Positions 49,201 through 62,900 are shown, counted from the first letter of the stretch. The stretch: 64,000 nucleotides of DNA from Microthyrium microscopicum (GCA_010405405.1 MU004230.1:2576627-2640626), one strand, 5' to 3'. The notes: a model not told the origin generated them from the sequence alone. Program-made: numbers and translations.

Positions 49201-49564
49201 GTTGCTGATCATCGTCGCAATGCTGCTCAAAATGCCCCAATTGCTCCAATTGTCCGTACGGAGACTGACTGAGCCCAGTGGGCTGACTGCTGCGCTCCAA
49301 TTGCTGCGAGTCGCTAATGTGGTCGAGCAAACGTACAGGAAACGTCTGATTTCGCCATTTGCGCGCTGCCCGCCAGCCTTTACCAGATACTCCTCCAGCT
49401 ACTGTCGACCGAATGTAGCGTGAGCTGTTGTTGCCCAAGCCAGCATGGTGATGGTGATAAGGGTGGTGATGGTGTTGCTTCTGCGGAAATAAAGGAGACG
49501 GGAGATCTTCAGCTGCATCCATCAACATTCCGCCTGCAGCATCTGCCCCATTGCTGCCGTCCAT
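46274..49564 (-). CDS. Otubain-family deubiquitinase (peptidase C65) with a long low-complexity N-terminal extension
   Basis: Catalytic RTCRGDGHCGWR|AIAF, EVLYLDRS and LLYRP|GHYDILY; last exon SHFNTAHFANPDFSPEQW...TAG at 46274. Exon 1 is open from ATG 49564; alternative start MSMDPPF at about 48043. Confidence 0.85.
48317..48640. repeat. Coding microsatellites (poly-Q CAG/CAA, TCACAA for SQ, CATTCC for HS)
   Basis: Visible (TGC)n, (TGT)n, (TGTGAT)n and (GGGAAT)n tracts on the plus strand. Confidence 0.8.
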
Positions 49565-52500
49565 CTAGGGTAAGGCTGAGCGACCTCGAGACCTTGAAAA
49601 CCTGTTCGTTGATACTGGCGATACGAGATGCGTTGCGTCTATTCTTCAACAGATCAAGATCTCTTTACACCCTCTTAACAATGACCGATCTCGTGTCCTC
49701 CAAAGCCTTCCACAGACTGCACTTACAACTCCTCAAACAATACACCGTAAGTAATGGCTGAGTGGTTAGCAAACCGTGCTGCTATCATGCAACCAATCAA
49801 CACACGCAACTCCCACTCCACCTGGTCCACCCTCAACCTCTCTCCTCGCCCTCGTTGATGAAGGATCGTCCCCTCTCCTGTCACTGTGTCCAGATTTGTC
49901 GGCAGCGAGCGTATGCAAAAGAGCTTGGTCGATGAGGTTTGCGTGTTAGTGTTTGTCAGTCGTGTGTACGACTCGTAACTGCTTGCTCGGCTTCACAACA
50001 ATGTAGGCCACAGCAGCAACAGCAGACCTGATTATTGTTACTCCGGGTAGCCAGCAGGACGGACAGGTCTTCATTAAAGTCGGGTACAAGAGGTAGAGCT
50101 GATGTTTGCTTTGTCCGGGTTGTGTCGACTCCAGTGGAAAGACGGATAGTCCAGATCCAGATATCAAACTTTTTAGTTGGCATACAATGTGCTGGCCAAA
50201 GAGGTACCTTTAACAACAACACAAAGTCTGACAACACTGGCCCAATATCAGTGCGAGATGTACCGGCAAGGCTGCATGCAAGCAATCGTTTTCTTGAGCA
50301 GACCCGGCGGGGGCGGGCCTGAGGTAACTTTAGTATTCCCCCTGGTGTGTTCTTGTACGACAAGCTGCACACAAGCTAGAAAGAGTACACACTTCTCATA
50401 CACCTCTCGCAGCCCATACACCACACAAACCCAAAACATCAAGACCTTCTACACACTTCCTATTTCTCTTTGCCCTGCTGACGCTCGTATAACCCGTCCG
50501 CCTCCCCCTAGATGTGCCGGCCTTGTCCCGGCCATGTCTCTGCACTTTCTGCCCATCTTGAAATCTCTCTTTCCCGGCTCGCGTCGCACACTCGACTGGC
50601 AGTGAGAGATGCGCTGGGGCCCACATGTCCCCATCTTCCTTTCTGGGTACTGGTTGACCCCAGTGGAAGCCTCGCGCCTACAGGTGTCGAGTCGGGTATC
50701 ACTATACTTTGCTTCATAGCACACAAATGTTTTCAAGCTTCCAACCCCCAACCAAGTTCTTGCTCTGTACAGGGCTTGAATCATCTCTGGTAGCTTCTGG
50801 GTGGCTTTTGTGCTAGGCGGGGTCACGATACACAACGGGAATACTTGTGTACACACTGTCAACTTTATCCACAAGGTAAAACGAAAGAGATGTCTAGCAA
50901 GCCCAGAAACCGTTCTTTTGCACATCAAAGAAAAGCTCCCCCAGGACAATTCAATAGTCTGCCAACTTTTGCCAAAACCCACAATCAAGGATCTTACAGT
51001 GCCCCGATTCCGTATCTTGTACACGCCAAAGAATCTCTTTCATTCGAAACATATTCCTGGATCCCAGCTGAACCGGCAAGAAAAGCCGACGTGGGTAAGC
51101 CTTGCCGTCATGCGGCGAACCATTTGGACGGCGAGCTGTCATCTGAACAAGAGTGACAAACGGCCGTCAAACAACCGTTAGTGAACTTCATATTGCCCAA
51201 CAATGAAAGCTTCTTTAACCTTCCTTCCTACGTCGCATTCTTTCGTCGCTTTGCCTTGCCTATACTTGACAAGTTGGATTTGACCTGGCCATAAGACAAA
51301 TATGATCCAATAGCCTGCATGTGCATTCCAGTAAGTACGGAAAACCAAGCCAACATACGCCAAACACTACTGTACTCTACCGAATAGACTAAGGAAAACG
51401 CACGCTATGGACGGCCCTCCCGTCATCCAGACTAATTGCTACATCTCCGCTGCATGATACCTACGCCAATGAACAGCCTAGTCCGCCCTGTAGCGTGGCA
51501 TCGTAGATCGTATTTTGCTCTTCTATACTACTAGTCTAAACTACAATCGTACAACCTCCCCCCCCCTCTCTCGTGAGAGAGTCCAACGATGCCAGTCCCT
51601 CTTCGCGATCTTCCGCAAGTCCGGCGATCCAAATCTTCCAGTGAGTTCAAGATCCAGTGAGTCCCACGCGCCATCTCGAAACCCGTTCCGATCGCGCACC
51701 TATCCATGTCCCGCAGTCTTTTTGCGCCATCGGCTACAAACGACTATTGCGTACATGGACATACATCGCCCCTGGGGCACAATACGGGCTAGGTGTAGAG
51801 TGCCGAAAAGGGTATGCGTGGCGCGGGCGTGGCGTGGCCGGATGTCGTGCAAAATGCGGACCGTTGGGTGGATGTGTTTAAAGAGGGCAGGCGAATGGGC
51901 TAAATTACACCGAAATTGATCGTTTAGATTCTTTTCCTCAAAATATGGGGATGGGATATGTGTGATTTGATGTAAAGTTCACAGTAGATCTGTTTTCATA
52001 CAGGCAGTGTGTTTAGATTGGTACTTTGATATTTTCGGGCAGGGACAATTGTGATTCATTGATAAAGCTACAAACTACTGTACACTAGCGAGTACTGGAG
52101 GCTGCGGGAAAGGCCCCAAGAAGCACATCTCACATGGCAAGAGATGGGGGAGAAAACAGGAACAGCGTTGACTGCGTGGTAGACCAGGAACTACCTAGGG
52201 AGTGTTGATCAGGAGAGAACGGACGGCTTGCATGGCCGATACTGCGGGCATGTACAGGACAGAGCGAAAGCCAACTTACTTGACTCTGAGACTGAGCTGA
52301 CGCTGAGATTCGATCCTGCGCGAGACAGCGAGAGCATGTAAGGGGCCAGACTAGCACACTGGAACATATCGTGATGTAGTCCTATTTCTAGCATATGATC
52401 GAGGAGAAGACAAGGCCTTTGAAAAGCAACAGTGAGATAGTACCACAGCAACAAGATTAAAAAGATTCGGCCGCGTCGGCGGTCTCTAGCCTTCACAAAA

Positions 52501-52824
52501 TCTAGTGTGTTAGATCTTGTGTGGTTCCACGAGTGTTCAGAGAACCAGCACATATCACTTTCTTTTCACCATGGACCCTTGAACGGCCAGACTGATGAAG
52601 GCTGCACGTCAGTAATAACGCCTATCGGCAGCTATGGCGAGCATGCACCGACGACCGTTGAGCCGTCAAGTGGATGTCCAGGGACAAGGGCAGTTATCGT
52701 TTTGGAAGCAAAACTGTACGTTCTTCCCGCTTAGGTATATAGAATGGCAGGAAAATTGGGATACACAGAGCGACATCAGATAGCCTTTAATTTTGAGCTA
52801 TCGACAACATTACGTCGTAGGTAT

Positions 52825-54566
52825 CTATCGGCCACCGGGCATTCGTCCCGATCCCGATGCGCGAATCTTGCCTCCTACCTTCATTCGACCAACACCCCCA
52901 TTAAGGATCTTCATCGACTGCTGCGGTCCTCCAAGAGTAGATGGATAGTTGTCATCGCCTCGGAAACCGTCGGCCTCATTGAGGATATTTGACAAGAGTG
53001 AGCCGACGGCAGTAGCCCAGTCTCCGACGGCATCAACACGCTCACGATCAACTCGACTTTCCACCTCGACAATTCCGTGCTGCTGATCAATCTTTCCACG
53101 CAATTGACCAGCCACAATCAAGTATCCCAGAATATCCTGTACCTCGGCAAGGGAGATTTTGAGTTGCTTGGCCAAAAAGGCGAGGGTGAACTTTGTGTAC
53201 GGTGCAATAAGTTTCAGCACGGCTTTGGTTCGCATGTTGCGTGTAACCTCATCGATGTTTTCGGCAATAAATGGATCTGCCAAGAGATCGCCATTCTCTT
53301 GCAGGATCTTACCGTAGCCGTGGATATCGTCGCGCTGGTACGCATCAACCAGGTTAGTCATTGCGGAAATTCGCGCATCGTTTTTGTACGGCTTGGTTTC
53401 TTGTGAGTCAAAGGGGTTAATGTCCGACTTCATTAGCATGGTTGTGAGGACAAGGTATTTCAGGACCTGGATGCGCTGCAGTGATCCAGCCTCGTCGTAG
53501 TTTTTGAAACTCTCGAAAAAGTCGCTTTGTGCTTCAATCCAGTTCTCTGTGACCTGTCAGTCTCGTTATTGTGTAGCAGTCGGGTTTTTCTCCAAACCTT
53601 CGCTTAGGTGCATCTTGCCACCACATTCTCGGATCACGCCCATGATTTTTGGATGGGGTACTGCGGATTTCACTCGAAGCGCACGCTGGTACAGAGCCTA
53701 TAAGCATGGGTTAGAACAATTTCCGTTTCCAGTTTTGGTTCAGAATCCTTACTTTGAGGCGCTTGTTGTTTCTCGTCTCCGCATACATTTGAATCTCTAG
53801 AGCGTATATTTCCAAGGAAAGAGTTCCCTTGTTAGGATCATCTGTTCCATCCGGTAATTGGCAAGCCTTATGTAAGTCTTTCAACTTCGATTCTAGCTGA
53901 CGGTAATTGCGCTGCGCAAACCACAACCGAGCCAGCTTGATGTTTGTCTTCAACCATAGTCGTTCGTTGTTCGTGCTTTGGAAGGATTCGAGCGTGAGCG
54001 AGTAGAACTTTTCAATCGAAGCATTGGCTTTTTCGTTGTCGGCGTTCTTTTCGATGAAGTCCAACATGTTGTTGATGGACTTTTCAGAATAATTCCGTGT
54101 CACAGCCGACTTGACGAAAGTCAGCAGCTCTTGGTAATGTTCGACAGCCTATGACAGTCAGTGGAAATTTGACGAGAGGGAGGACACGACAAACATCGCT
54201 GTATCGTTTCAGCTTGAACTCCAGCTTGATAGCTTGCTTCAATCCTTTGAATCCCCTACCAGAATCGTTAGTGTTTGAAAGCTGTCTTATGAACAGTCAT
54301 GCGCACCATTCTCCCTTCTCCGGTTCCAAAGCCGGTATGCCCAAGAACTCGTCCACGGCCTCTTCAGGATTATCCAACTTGATCTGCTTAGCATTGTAGT
54401 ATTTGTTCTCGATATCGACATCTCCGCCTTGATCGTCGTCTTCGTCTTCGTATTCAAAGTCGTAGCTATAAGAGTCTAGGTTAGCATTTGATTAATCGCT
54501 AGTGGGGTGTTTTGGCAGAACATACTCCTCCTGTTCAGAGTCGTTCATGAAATCGTCATCGCTCAT
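52825..54566 (-). CDS. CSN2: COP9 signalosome subunit 2 (PCI domain)
   Basis: MSDDDFM start; [64 protein letters not shown]. Confidence 0.95.
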
Positions 54567-56424
54567 TTTGGGTGCTGGTTCTGGAGACGGATTAGAGCAG
54601 TGAAGTTGTGGTTTGAAGATTCAGAGAGCGATTCTGGGTGAGCGATGTGGTGGTGGATTAAATAATGTAAACACAGTGGTGACGGCAAGGTCACCAAGAG
54701 CTCTGGAGTTGAATTGTTGAAGTCGCCTAGACGCTAAACTGGATGAGGTTAGCGTTGTCGAGATCCCTGAGCCTCCCAAAGAATCAAGTCGATTGCCTAA
54801 AACGGCAGGAAGTCGCAAAGGACCTTCGCGACGGATGAGGTTGCCGACTACATCTATTCTCTCAACCTGCCCGCTCTTTAATGATGTTAGATTTTCTTGA
54901 TTTTGAATTCTCACGCTAGTGCACTGGTTTCTCTACGAACATTCTGGGTAAAATATTCTGATACACTGTTTGGCTGTTTTTAAAAGATGACTTGAGAGTA
55001 ACAATTGGGGATTCTGCATTGTTACGGTATGAGGCTTGAGCACTGAGGAGGATATGCCCGAATATGCGCTACTACTCTTCGGTGCCTTACCCGTGCCGTG
55101 ATAATGTCTGCCAAGCGGATAGTATGAAGCTCAAAACTTCACTCGTTTAGTGCATAATAAGTCTACTATAAGTGTCCCGGCAAAGACATGATAGAAAGTT
55201 CAAAGCAACTCATGGGCGGGGATACTGGAGACCCGCCCGGATAAGTGCTATCCATGATGCATGTTTTCCCTGTTCATTGTCCAAACGTCGTATCGGAGGA
55301 TTGATATAGACCATCAATGATTAATCAAGCATGCGGAACACACGCCCCGCGTATTGCGCACTGCGATGGCGGCTCATCCCAGTTGATATTGTCAACGTCT
55401 CCACTAAGCAGAAGAAATGGTAAAGATGTTAAGGCCATCTCTGAATCCCTTGCACGCCTGGTTGTATGGGCCTTTCCGTAGGAGGTGTTTGTAAGGATTG
55501 GACAAGTTGGAAATAGCTTTCCTCCAGAATTTCGAGTAGACAAAGCGGCGATAGATGCAGATGGCGCTAGAAAGTGAGGAAGCCAAGATCCATCATGATC
55601 AGAGTACAGTATCAGGCGACCTAGATCAGTAGAGATATTGTGGGGGCAGATGGTGTTAGGTGATACTAAAAAGACAGCTAGAGTTCGGCATAGCGGCTGC
55701 AAAAAGAGTTGGATACTTAGTCTTCTGGATTTACACTGCCATTGGCCCATCCAATGCACGTTGCGCCAGACTGCGCTGGCCTAAGGTCTTGTTGGCTTGG
55801 ACTCTGGAGCTTGACCGTCCGTCAACTTGCAAGCAGTAGCAGTAGCGCAATACATGTGTATGTACTGTATGTGTGAGTGCGCAAAGTAGTGAGCGAAATA
55901 CCGTAAGTGAGAGTGGTGGCCGCTCTTCCAAGGTTGTTTAACGGCGCCATCGCTACTACCACTGCTACCGTCTACGCTTGCAACTCTACATCCTGCACAT
56001 CATCACTTCCATCTCATCTCTCATTTCTCACTACCTACTGCCTCGTTCCTCCTTCATACTATTCTCTCTTCTCAAATCTTTCCTCTCAAATATCTTCCTC
56101 TCCAACTCTCTCACTTGGTGAAATATCCCATTAATTTTCTCCATATCCAGACGTCACTTGTGTTTGCCAGCCCTATCTACGCTCTGCGCCTCGCCCACTA
56201 CTTCGCCAAACCACTTGCCTTTCCTAGCAATGCATCCTGGTCTAACGAGGACCTCGTCCTAAATCCACACCTTTCACAAGCTGCCCCAGACTCGGACTCT
56301 ACCCTCAGCATCCAGAGCTGGACGCGCTACACGTCTTCCTCCTCACTATCCGCGCCATACTCCCACGCCTCCGCTGGCCCTTCCGTTGCCGACAGTCGCC
56401 TCTTTTCCTCTCACATAATCTACA

Positions 56425-57467
56425 ATGTCCTCATGTTTTGGCCTGCGGGGCTCAAAGCCTTTGGCACGCAAAGTCGTGCTGCTGTACGTTTTCTATTCTG
56501 GCAGTGTGCGCTGTTCCGCAAGTCTGGTCCACTAACAAAAGTAGCGGTGACGGTGCGTGTGGAAAGACATCACTCTTGAACGTCTTTACTCGAGGGTAAG
56601 TGAAACACTGTTGTCAACTTTTGCGCTGAACATGAAGGTCAGCTAACCAGAGGCGCAGCTATTTTCCGGTGGTATAGTAAGTCCATTCAGTCAGCACGAC
56701 TTTGAGCAGAGCTCGTTTACTTACCAAGAATCGCAAAATAGCGAACCAACTGTTTTCGGTAAGCTTTAATCAATGGCTGGAAGCTTGAATTTGCTAACGA
56801 TCAGGGCAGAAAACTACGTGCACGGTATGGCAAGCATTGATTGTTGCGAGAGAAAAATATCCGCGAGACTAACTTGGATCAAAGACGTTTACGTGGATAA
56901 CAAGTACGTCGAACTTAGCTTGTGGGACACAGCGGGTCAAGAAGAATTCGACCGATTACGGTCCCTCTCATACGATAGCACTCATGCAATAATGCTCTGC
57001 TTTAGCGTACGCAACCCCTTGCTTGGGACTAAAGAACATCTTACTAACAGTTGCAGGTCGACTCACCCCAATCACTGGAAAACGTAGAAACCAAGTGGAA
57101 ACAAGAGATCGAAGAAAACTGCCCTGGTGTCAAAATTGTACTAGTGGCACTAAAGTGCGACTTGCGAGAAGGTCAAGATGAAGAAGAAGAAGGCTCGAAC
57201 GATGCGGAAGCGGAGCCCAAACGGCCAATGATCGAGTACAAGCAAGGCCTACAGGTTGCTAGAAACATCAAGGCTCTGCGATATCTCGGTATGTTAGACT
57301 ACGTGTTGGAGCAATGATTCGATGTCAACTAATCTGATACCCCTGCAGAATGTTCAGCCATGAAGAACCGTGGCGTTCGAGAAGCATTCAACGAAGCGGC
57401 GCGTGTGGCACTGTCGGTGAAGACAACATCGGACAAGTCGTCATTCTCAAAGTGCATCATTATGTAA
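56425..57467 (+). CDS. RHO3: Rho-family GTPase Rho3, 7 exons
   Basis: N-terminal Cys (MSSCFG); [54 protein letters not shown] box CIIM*. Confidence 0.92.
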
Positions 57468-57983
57468 ATGGAGATTGTTTTTGCGGTGAGCGCATATAAC
57501 TACCTATGGGCCTGTGCATACGGCGTTGTGGCCTGCTGTGATATTTAATTGATATTTGACTGGCTAAGCTGTAGACGCTTATTATTTGGGGAATAGAGGT
57601 CTTTTGAAAGGGCCAAGTGATTGTTGTTGTTTGATTATGATATATCCAGCTTGCGATTTTGTACAAAATACTACTTATTTCTTGTTGATAGTCACGAAGT
57701 GCTAACTTGGCGGCGAACGTACTTCGTCTTGCGCCGCATCAGGGATATCTCAAAGTTTTCTCACTCAGCTAGTGCACAAAACCCAGCAGTCTGGATTCGT
57801 TTCACATTCTCCTGTGTAATACAACACCAAGAGAACAAAGGAAAATCGGTGACTATGAAGCAGCAATGGAAATTGCCTCGCAAGGCTTTTTTGATTGAGG
57901 CTCCCTGCATAATGCAAATGTAGAAGCAGAAACCGCTTTAACACCGAAATACCCATAACCCGAACCAACCAATGCCAATGTTC

Positions 57984-58564
57984 TCAAATCGTCGTCTCGT
58001 ACGCGATTGGTGTGATTGTCTCTGGCTTGCCCAGCTTGATAGTTCGTGCTCCACGGGGCATGGCAGGTTGGCGCTTGAGATTGATCTTGTTGCCAGTTGA
58101 CTTTGCCTCCTTCTTTGCAGCAGCATTGGCCTTTACGCGGCGCAAAAAGTCCTCGCGCGAGCGGCTCTTCTTGACGTGTTCGAGACGGACGTTGATGCGC
58201 TTCTCAATGTAGCGGTTGCCGACTGGGCGGTGGAGAATGACGCCGACGGCGGACTTGGTGACGTTGTAGACGACGCCGGTCTTTCCGTGGTAGACTTTGT
58301 ATGGCATACCCTTTTGTACGGCTCCGTTGGCTACCACGTCGACAATGTCGCCGACCCTGGGCGTTTGTTTAGTATGGGTGCTTCTGAGAGCGCGGTGGAT
58401 AAACTAACTTGTATTGCTCGAGGTAGGTAGATAGGGGGATGCTTCCGGTCTTCTTGAAGCCCCGGGAGAAGGCATAACGAGTACCTGCGCGGAGACTGGA
58501 GATTGTTAGTAGTGCTCTTGAAGGGATTGTGATGGTGGTGATATCACCCTGCTGAGTGACCCAT
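57984..58564 (-). CDS. RPL21: 60S ribosomal protein eL21, with an additional 5'UTR intron (58627-58578)
   Basis: MGHSAG|LRAGTRYAFSR and VQKGMPYKVYHGKTG...EKRINVRLEHV. Confidence 0.95.
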
Positions 58565-58875
58565 TGCGACGGTTCAGCTGCACCGAGTTAGCGATTTATC
58601 AGACGAGATCAAATGCAAAGCACATACAGAACTGTATTCGGGTGCAATGAGACGTAGAAGGTGAATTTGATTGTTGAAGATGTCGGTGGTGGTGAGCCCA
58701 CTCAGAATTTGGCAGTGTCAGTGGGTGGGGCGGCCCGTGCGAGCAATTCGGCAAAACCTCGGCCCACAGCTCAAATCCCAGTCCCGCCGCACCAAGCTCA
58801 ATTTCTCACCACCACTACAACTTCACGACTGTCTTTCTCTTCCTCCCAAGATATCGCCATCTCTCAACTTCCACC

Positions 58876-59735
58876 ATGGCGCCACGATCCTACTCCAAGA
58901 CCTACAAGGTCCCTCGTCGTCCGTTCGAGTCTGCACGTCTGTATGTTTGATCATCTCAGAATTCATGGCGGCCACTGTGCGCTGGGGTCTCTCTCGCCAG
59001 AGGGCCGCTGCCTCACGCTCCTGAAGTTCGTGCATTGACAATTGTCGTTTTCTAGGGACTCTGAATTGAAGACTGTTGGCGAGTACGGCCTCCGCAACAA
59101 GCGTGAGGTCTGGCGCGTCCAATTGACACTGTCCAAGATTCGTCGTGCCGCTCGGTAAGTCCCATACACTCCCCTCAATTGCAGGAAAAGATCCAAGGCC
59201 AATGCTTTTTAATCTTTTGTCAATGGTGCACCATCGTATGAATTGCTAACGTTGTAACTATTCCAGTGAGCTCCTCACCCTCGACGAAAAGGAACCAAAA
59301 CGTCTCTTCGAAGGAAACGCCCTCATTCGCCGTCTCGTTCGTGTCGGTGTCCTCGACGAATCCCGCATGAAGCTCGATTACGTGCTCGCCCTTAAGGTCG
59401 AAGATTTCTTGGAGCGTCGTCTACAGACTTGCGTCTACAAGCTCGGCCTCGCCAAGAGCATCCATCACGCTCGTGTCCTCATCAAGCAGCGCCACATTCG
59501 GTACGCTTTCGCAGTCACCATTCATCGTTTGCGCATTAGCTAATCCAGTGATTACAGTGTCGGAAAGCAAATCGTCAACGTGCCATCATTCATCGTCCGT
59601 CTCGACTCCCAGAAGCACATTGACTTCGCTCTCACCTCGCCATTTGGTGGTGGACGTCCTGGTCGTGTAAAGAGAAAGAAGGCCAAGGCCGCTGAGAAGA
59701 AGGATGATGGTGGTGATGAGGAGGATGAAGAGTAA
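58876..59735 (+). CDS. RPS9: 40S ribosomal protein uS4 (S9), 4 exons
   Basis: [27 protein letters not shown]...[10 protein letters not shown] and RRLQT...[11 protein letters not shown]. Introns 58941-59055, 59155-59266 and about 59501-59557. Confidence 0.96.
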
Positions 59736-59956
59736 ATTGTGGTATTACAGCAGGCTCTACCCGGAGCGATTGGCGCTACTGGGTCACTCTCTGGCGTTGA
59801 TGATTCTTGTGCGTTAGAAATCAAGGTTGCCAAAATTGGCTCATCAGCATCGGACATTCAAAAATGAAATCATATGACATGCTCTCTCACTCCAGAATTG
59901 ATAATCTATGTGCTACTAAACGCAGTGATACTTGATATGATTTACATTTCCCTGGT

Positions 59957-62900
59957 CTAAGTATTATGATACATGCCCGAGGATCTTCGCCTTGCCAAAT
60001 CCTGCAGAGATTGCGAGGATGATCGTCTTTGTACCTGTTCACTCTGCTGAGCCAAGCCTTCTGCTGGCGACGTCTTACGTGAGGCCTTTGGTGTTGGAAT
60101 CAGAGATTGTCGCGAGCGTGTCTTGCGAGCCTTTTGCGTCTGCGTAGGTTTGGAAGAATCTGGAGATGGATTGGTCGATGAGGTATTGTTTGTAATTGCG
60201 GAGAGGCTGTGTGGTGTATAGGATCGCTCAGGCAGCTGTGGTGAGCGTTCTTGCTCCGAGCTTTCTGTGCTTGATGTATTGGTGCGTGCTGGATGTGTGT
60301 ATATCGGAGAGGGCGTGTGGTTGTGTAGAATGTCAAGTGGTCGGCCATTTGGCTGGGCGTTGACATCTCCATGTTTCCATGCTTCGTTGAGGCTAGGTGC
60401 TTTGCTTGTTGAAAAAGTCGCCTGCTCGTCAACAACGATATCGCCTGACGGCTCGGCGGCTCTCACTGTGTTGCCAGAGCCTTTGGAAATAATGTCGGGC
60501 TGATGGAGTTCCAGCGGCTCTGTATATACCCGACTGGTATGTCCTTGCACATCGCTTTGCGAGTTTACTTCACCATTATCACGCCTGTGATTGGAGCTCG
60601 ACCACAACGTATCCATAGCATCCTCCTTTTTGGGGGCGCTTGACGCTACGGATTCATCAGTGTCTATATTTGGTGCTTGAATGATAAGGACGTCGTCTTC
60701 GGGAGTGTATGACTCTGGTGAACGATCCAAGTCAGACCCATGTCGACCACTTTCGTGGTTACGTGAGGGAAGGACAGGCTTGATCGCGCGTGGAATGGAA
60801 GATCCTATGGACATTTCGTCCATGCTAGGTGATCTAGAGTCTTCCCGTAGTCTCGGTGGCAGACGAGGAGGTTGCGGTGATTCGGGGATGGGTGATCCAT
60901 CTACTTGTGAGGAAGCTGGGGAGTACGGCCTATTGTCACTGCCATTACGTTTTCGACCTAGCATCGATAGAGGTCCTGCCCAGGTCATTCTATTAGCCTT
61001 TGGTGGTCCAGGGAGTGGTGTACCTGGCGGTGGCAGAGGTTGGCCGCGGCCGAAGGGCTCATCTTTTGTGCCAATGCCTAGATTCAAAGATTCTTTAGAT
61101 AGTCGCTCGTTGGGAGTTCTCTCATCGCGGTGGTTGTCAGCGACGGGACTTGGATTTGAGGCGGAGTTTGAGGGTGAATGTCGCGTAACAAACCCAAGTC
61201 CCCATTTTCTCGCAGCGAGAGCGGTTGAGGCAATGGTTTGGCGTTTTGCCAGATTGTTGGACTTTTGTGTCGAGTTCGAGGCCTCCGTCATCAGAGATGC
61301 GTTGTCTGAATCTTGAGTATTGTCGTTTATGGTAGCTGATCTTGGAATTGCAATTCCTTGCGTCACTTCATCTGGGACGCCACTATCGCCATCGCTGCCA
61401 GAGACTTTCGATGTTGTAGAAGGGCTTCTTACGCTCTTCCTTTTCCAGATACCTGCGGTAGATGGGGAGCCAACAGGCGACTCGGTAGGAGTGCTGGGTT
61501 GAGATCGAGAGGAAATGCCTTTCAATCCAGTCGCTGCATCGTACTGGCTTTTTCGGGGAGATTCCGCAAGAGCTTCAGAGAGAGCAGCCTCTTTCGTGAC
61601 CACGGGTATGGCAGCCTGAGCAAATGAACCAGAGCGCATAACTTTGGGAGTAAAGTTTTGTCCACTTTCAGCACCTGTGGTAATGGCCACGTCCTCTGCT
61701 ACTTCAGTATGAGTAGAACTTGCTTTCGAGCTCTTGTTCTTGCGATGCTTGGTAGCAGCAGATTTTGGCAATGCTTCTGCTGGCGTTTCCAAGATAACCT
61801 TTTCCACAGATTCCTCCGGGTCTTCATCCTCTTGCATCAGAGCCTCCTCGCCTCCTTCTACCAATGTCGGCGCAGCACTTAGTCGCGAATCCATAGCTTC
61901 CGCGGAATCATGCTGCCACAGTCCACTTCGAATCTCGTGGCCCAGCGTATCAGCAAAAGGGGCATCGTCCCAGTTGGGATAGACCACAGTGTCAGCCATC
62001 ACCTCGCGAATCCGGCTTTCAATGGCCTTGAGTACCAAGCTGTAGGTAATCTGCCGGGAGCTAATCACAGGTTCCACGGAGAGGTCCAGCTTTGGCATGG
62101 TCACAAAAGAAAACCAAATTCTGTTGCTTGGTGGAGGTTTCACGCGGAAGTACATGTGTCCTTCCAGGCTCTTCAAGATGACCGCAAGCAAAATCTGCAT
62201 CTCTCTGGCTTTGAACCTGGCTCCAAGATCTATGCGAGCAATGGCTGCGACATCAATCCGAACATTGCCCTTGTACTTAACATCAGCCTCCAAAGTCAAA
62301 TCACCGTCGCGGGTAAGCTCTTTTAGTTTCGGTCCGGTGATGAACGGCGCGCTGTCCCCGAGGTGGATATTACGGATCTGGATCGCACTAATAAAGGCTG
62401 GTTTCGGCACTCGTGAGAGCTTCTTATTGATCTTCTTGCGCACCAGATCCTCAACAAGAGATGTTTTGTACAAGGAAAGGAAAAGTCGGCCCACCAGGGC
62501 GTTGATCCAACGGGTTTGTAAATTATCCTCGGATGCATGAAGCTGCCTAATGAGCTTCACCATGTGTTCGCCCTCGAACGTCAGAGGCTGTGGCGCATCT
62601 CCAGTGTGTTGGCCTTGGTCTTTCAACATCGCGTAGTAAAAGTCCTCCTTCTGAGAGCAATTACTGGAGAACAAATAAAAGGGTTTTATGTCGGTTGAGA
62701 AGCCGTCATCCTCGGGCTTCCGGTTCATTCTAATGCAATTCCTCTTGACCCATAGCTCTCCCTCAGGAATGACCTCGCCGCCTCCATAAACATCAATATC
62801 ATACTTCTCTAGAGATATGACATGCCGCACCTCCAATTGCTCTTCGTCATCGTAAAGCATAAGTAGCCCAAGCCTACGAAACAGTCAGTATAGCCTTCTT

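Noticed and set aside
50177..51181. Overlapping 100-190 aa ORFs upstream of the otubain
   Set aside because: Mostly non-ATG starts, no motifs and mutually overlapping, consistent with chance.
59223..59234. Palindrome ATGGTGCACCAT in RPS9 intron 2 as part of an intronic snoRNA
   Set aside because: No C/D boxes or H/ACA architecture and no rRNA-antisense element seen.
60681..61316. Long antisense ORFs here and opposite crpA, CCT4, MET2, SEC21 and SUP35
   Set aside because: They are shadow frames of real genes on the opposite strand with no protein-like features.
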